Positions 16,647 through 19,880 of a stretch of DNA of 19,880 nt are shown one piece after another. The notes under the pieces were generated by a model, which saw nothing but the letters and a program-made list of their open reading frames with translations, did no database searches and had not been told where the DNA came from. Every line of letters begins with the position of its first letter. Positions within the stretch are counted from its first letter, which is position 1. Source of the stretch: Calditrichaceae bacterium (GTDB lineage: Bacteria > Calditrichota > Calditrichia > Calditrichales > JBFXGD01); assembly GCA_050173015.1 (NCBI GenBank), contig JBFXLE010000042.1:1-19880 (forward strand). Reading direction: 5' to 3'. The position numbers and the translations under genes were made by a program.

Positions 16647-18206
16647 TTAATGAATGATATAATTTTCCGCCAGCTTAAGATAATCTTCAACCTGTTGTTT
16701 TTTCCATTTTTTGCCTTTTTTAAGTTGATCATCCATAATCGTGGCCACTTCTTCAGCAATTTCCATGCTTGCCCTGGCGTTGAGGAGCAACGCTCGTGTA
16801 CGGCGCGCCAGAACATCTTCAAGAGTACGCGCCATTTCCCGGTGAACCGCCCAGATGATTTCAGCGCGGGTATAAGGCAAATCCGGGTGCAGCTGTTTAC
16901 CCATTTTGGGATTGGTTACGGATAAGGCGCGAATAGCAAACGCGTCAGATCCGTAAACACTGAGATGATCGGATGGATCGGAATTTTTAAGCCAGCCATG
17001 AAGGCGCAAATGGGCGCTTTTCACAGGCCGCTCTTCGAAACCGGCAAGAAGTTCGGCTTCTTTGATAGTGTCTTCGGCCATTTTACGGTAGGTCGTCCAT
17101 TTCCCGCCGCAGATGGTCAGCAGACCCGATGAGGATATAATCAGACTGTGATCTCTGGATATGGATGCGGTATCAGAGGTTTCGTGGGATTTAACAAGGG
17201 GCCTGAGACCGGCAAAGACACTCAGGACATCCGTTTTGGACGGATCTTTGGTCAGATAACGGGCGGCGTGGGTCAACAAAAAATCAATCTCTTCAGGCAG
17301 GGCGCGCGGCTCTATCGAGATTTCATTAACCGGCGTGTCGGTCGTTCCCACAATAACGCGATTATGCCAGGGTACGGCAAAAAGCACCCGGCCGTCATCC
17401 GTATGGGGCACCATGATGGCGCTTTTACCGGGTAAAAAGGATCGGTCCAAAACAAGATGCACACCCTGGCTCGGAACAAGTATGGGAGAGCACGATGAAT
17501 CATCCATTTTGCGGATGGAGTCGGCAAACACACCGGTGGCGTTTATGACCACACGCGCGTTCAGTTCATGCGTTTCACCGCTTTCCTCATCCCTGACAAG
17601 GACCCCGTTCACATAATTTTTTGATTTTAACAATCCGGTTACACGCATATAATTTATCGCGCAGCCACCGAGGTCGCACACCGTTTGCGCGAGATTTACC
17701 GCAAGCCGGGCGTCATCAAACTGGCCGTCATGGTATATAACACCACCCCGGAGGCCGGCGGTTTCAACTGTGGGGATCTGCTCGATAGTTTCTTCCCTCG
17801 AAAGCATTTTTGACGGGCCTAATCCCAGCTTTCCGGCAAGGGCATCATACATTTTTAGGCCGATACCGTAAAACGGGCCTTCCCACCATTCATAATTCGG
17901 CACAATAAAAGCTTGATTATGAACCAGATGCGGAGCGTTTTTAAGCAAAAGGCCGCGTTCGCGAAGCGCTTCCAGAACAAGGGAGATATTTCCCTGTTGA
18001 AGATACCGGACGCCACCGTGAACAAGTTTAGTACTCCTGCTGGAGGTGCCCTGCGCGAAATCTTTCTGCTCAAGAAGAAGAGTGCGATAACCCCGGGAAG
18101 CGGCATCAACTGCGGTACCGAGTCCGGTCGCTCCACCCCCGATAATAATCATATCCCACAGACCCGTTGATTTCTTCAATTGATCAATAGCATCATGACG
18201 ATTCAT
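16647..18206 (-). CDS. glpD: FAD-dependent glycerol-3-phosphate dehydrogenase/oxidase
   Basis: IIGGGATGLG, GTSSRSTKLVHGGVRYL, DGQFDDAR, FAGLRPL and GGKWTTYRKMAE motifs. Confidence 0.95.
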   Translation of the reverse strand: MNRHDAIDQLKKSTGLWDMIIIGGGATGLGTAVDAASRGYRTLLLEQKDFAQGTSSRSTKLVHGGVRYLQQGNISLVLEALRERGLLLKNAPHLVHNQAFIVPNYEWWEGPFYGIGLKMYDALAGKLGLGPSKMLSREETIEQIPTVETAGLRGGVIYHDGQFDDARLAVNLAQTVCDLGGCAINYMRVTGLLKSKNYVNGVLVRDEESGETHELNARVVINATGVFADSIRKMDDSSCSPILVPSQGVHLVLDRSFLPGKSAIMVPHTDDGRVLFAVPWHNRVIVGTTDTPVNEISIEPRALPEEIDFLLTHAARYLTKDPSKTDVLSVFAGLRPLVKSHETSDTASISRDHSLIISSSGLLTICGGKWTTYRKMAEDTIKEAELLAGFEERPVKSAHLRLHGWLKNSDPSDHLSVYGSDAFAIRALSVTNPKMGKQLHPDLPYTRAEIIWAVHREMARTLEDVLARRTRALLLNARASMEIAEEVATIMDDQLKKGKKWKKQQVEDYLKLAENYIIH

Positions 18207-18277
18207 ACTGAACTCCTGTAAATGATTTAAATATAAAAATGAAATCTTAAAAAGGCTATCAGTTTCTAAAATTTTAT

Positions 18278-19617
18278 TGGTTCAGTCAAAATTGGAATTT
18301 TAAAAGGATTTAGTGCTATGATTTAAACCTTCTTATAAGGAGTAATATCATGGCAAGAAAATCAGTTAGACACTTTACCCCGGAACAGAAATTAAAGATC
18401 ATAAAAGAGGGTTTTTTGCCCAATGTTCGGGTTGCAGATCTATGCCGTTATTACGATATTTATCCCACAGATTATTATCGTTGGAAAAAATTAGCGGAGT
18501 CTTCAATGATTGATGGATTAAAACCCAAAAAGAAGAAACAAAAGCCATTAAGTAAACGCGGGCAGGAATTACAACAAGAGAATGAACGCCTTCAGGCATT
18601 AATTATCCAGCTAACCAAAGAACATTTAGAGCTTAAAAAAAAGTACAGGAATCGGAATAAAGAACCGATTTTGCAGATTCGAAAAAAAAGATATTCTGGA
18701 TTTTATGAAACATATCAGACACTAACCGGAACGGATAAAAAGATCATTCTCAAACACCTGGGTTTAAGGCCCTCAACGTATTACAAGTGGCTACATCGTT
18801 ACGAGCACAAAAGTTTACACGATCAAAAGCCGGTAGGCATGAATCCTTATCGTTTGTTAGACTGGGAAAAGGAAGCGATACATGATTTTTACATAGATAA
18901 TCAGGAAAACGGTTACCGGCGAATCACATATATGATGATAGATCAGTACATCGTATCTACAAGCCCCCTCAACAGTTTACAGGTATTTAAAAAGTGAAGG
19001 ATTACTCATGCGATGGGCCCCGCCTCGCATACTTGGCCCCAAGCCAGCGCTGCCCACCGCACCCAATCAGAAGTGGCATACGGACTTAATGATTCTGGCA
19101 ATTGACGGTAATAATTATTACTATCAGGGTATCATAGATGCTTACAGTCGCTGAATTATCGCCTGGGATATTTATGCAGAAGGTAGCGCTTTAAATACCA
19201 GCCTGCTTCTGCAGGATGCCTATGATAAATCACCCGAAGGAATAAATCCTGTGGTTATTGCGGATAACGGTCCTGAGTTTACCGGCAAAGAATTTCGAGA
19301 AATTATAAAAGTTCATCAAGGCAAAGATGTGCGTATTGCTGCCTATCATCCGCAGAGTAACGGTATAGAAGAACGATTCCATCGCACACTGAGTGAGAGA
19401 AGAAGGATTAAGCCGCTATCATAACCTGATAGAAGCAAAAGAAAAAGTCGGTAAATGGATTAAATATTATAACAAATACAGACTACATTCATCCATTCAG
19501 TATATGCCGCCGAAAGTTTGGCATTTTGGTGACCCGGGCGTGAAAGCTGATGAAAGAAGACAGAAGTTAGAACAGGCAAAACAAGAACGTCATATAGAGA
19601 ATAAAGTGGTGGTGTAA
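18278..19617 (+). mobile_element. IS3-family insertion sequence, degenerate; right end not identified
   Basis: Putative left end TGGTTCAGTCAAAATTGGAAT, OrfA HTH, slippery A8G run at 18635-18643, and DDE integrase-like core. Confidence 0.85.
18350..19617 (+). pseudogene. IS3-family transposase pseudogene
   Basis: Stitched frames give ..PNQKWHTD..IDAYSR*IIAW..IADNGPEF..PQSNGIEERFHRTL/REE..YNKYRLHSSI. Lesions: frameshift at the C5 run 18964-18968, TGA at 19152-19154, and a 4-bp duplication at 19390-19397. Confidence 0.88.
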
Positions 19618-19880
19618 AGATTTTTGTGTAAACAGTTACACACGGTTTTGGGGCTGAGGGAGCCGGAGGCGACCGAAGCTCCAAAACCCAACGCCAAATT
19701 TTTGACGCCGGCACTGGATTGTTTTGTGTAATTCCTTTATAATTTTTACTTTTAAGAAAGGAGACGACATGAATATATAGTCGGTTGAAATTCACCGCTC
19801 AGATTATTAACTATCTGGGTAGAGTGGAAAAAGGCTTAAGGCTGTATCATTAGCATGGGGCATTGATCCCGAAAAGGAGA
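19608..19880 (+). mobile_element. Possible IS256-family left end / degenerate remnant
   Basis: GGTGGTGTAAAGATTTTTGTGTAAAC resembles IS256-type termini (from recall). Hairpin at 19644-19688; AAGGAG-ATG at 19769 with an immediate stop; fragment KAVSLAWGIDPEK from 19838. Confidence 0.5.

Noticed and set aside
935-18599. Numerous antisense or overlapping ORFs in the track (e.g. 1975-2316, 7280-7687, 7830-8243, 14208-14999, 17148-18170)
   Set aside because: They are shadows of well-supported genes and lack recognisable motifs.
19152-19154. In-frame TGA as recoding (selenocysteine or alternative genetic code)
   Set aside because: It lies in a transposase with several other lesions, and TGA acts as a normal stop elsewhere (e.g. 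1652, 3239, 9857).
1-19617. Composite transposon formed by the two IS3 elements
   Set aside because: The two elements are clearly different sequences, one is decayed, and the enclosed genes look like ordinary chromosome.

Overview
Bacterial chromosomal window. The gene repertoire is compatible with an FCB-group organism such as Calditrichota/KSB1, but this is inference only. It holds mostly ordinary accessory and housekeeping genes: SRPBCC, VOC, 4-OT tautomerase, DUF134 regulator plus a Zn-ribbon protein, DUF6125, MarC, DUF1801, a lipoprotein, YfiT/BstA, an alpha/beta hydrolase, a cold-shock protein, a MutS-like ATPase, a beta-CASP nuclease, an M1 aminopeptidase and GlpD. Two different outward-facing IS3-family elements bound it; the right one is decayed and apparently interrupted by an IS256-like end. 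The striking feature is non-coding: two ~1.1-kb intergenic arrays (about 4556-5694 and 11798-12856). In both, almost G-free heptamer tracts with a largely fixed internal order (AACTCTT, then CTTTTTT/CTTTTAT, then TTCYTAC) alternate with a catalogue of unrelated palindromic REP/MITE-like cassettes. Some cassettes are shared between the loci, one is tandemly triplicated, and several carry the same nested 13-15 bp mini-palindrome. Both arrays have the same polarity and end directly at a predicted -35 box. No CRISPR array, cas gene, rRNA or tRNA is visible. Product calls come from motif recognition, not database searches.
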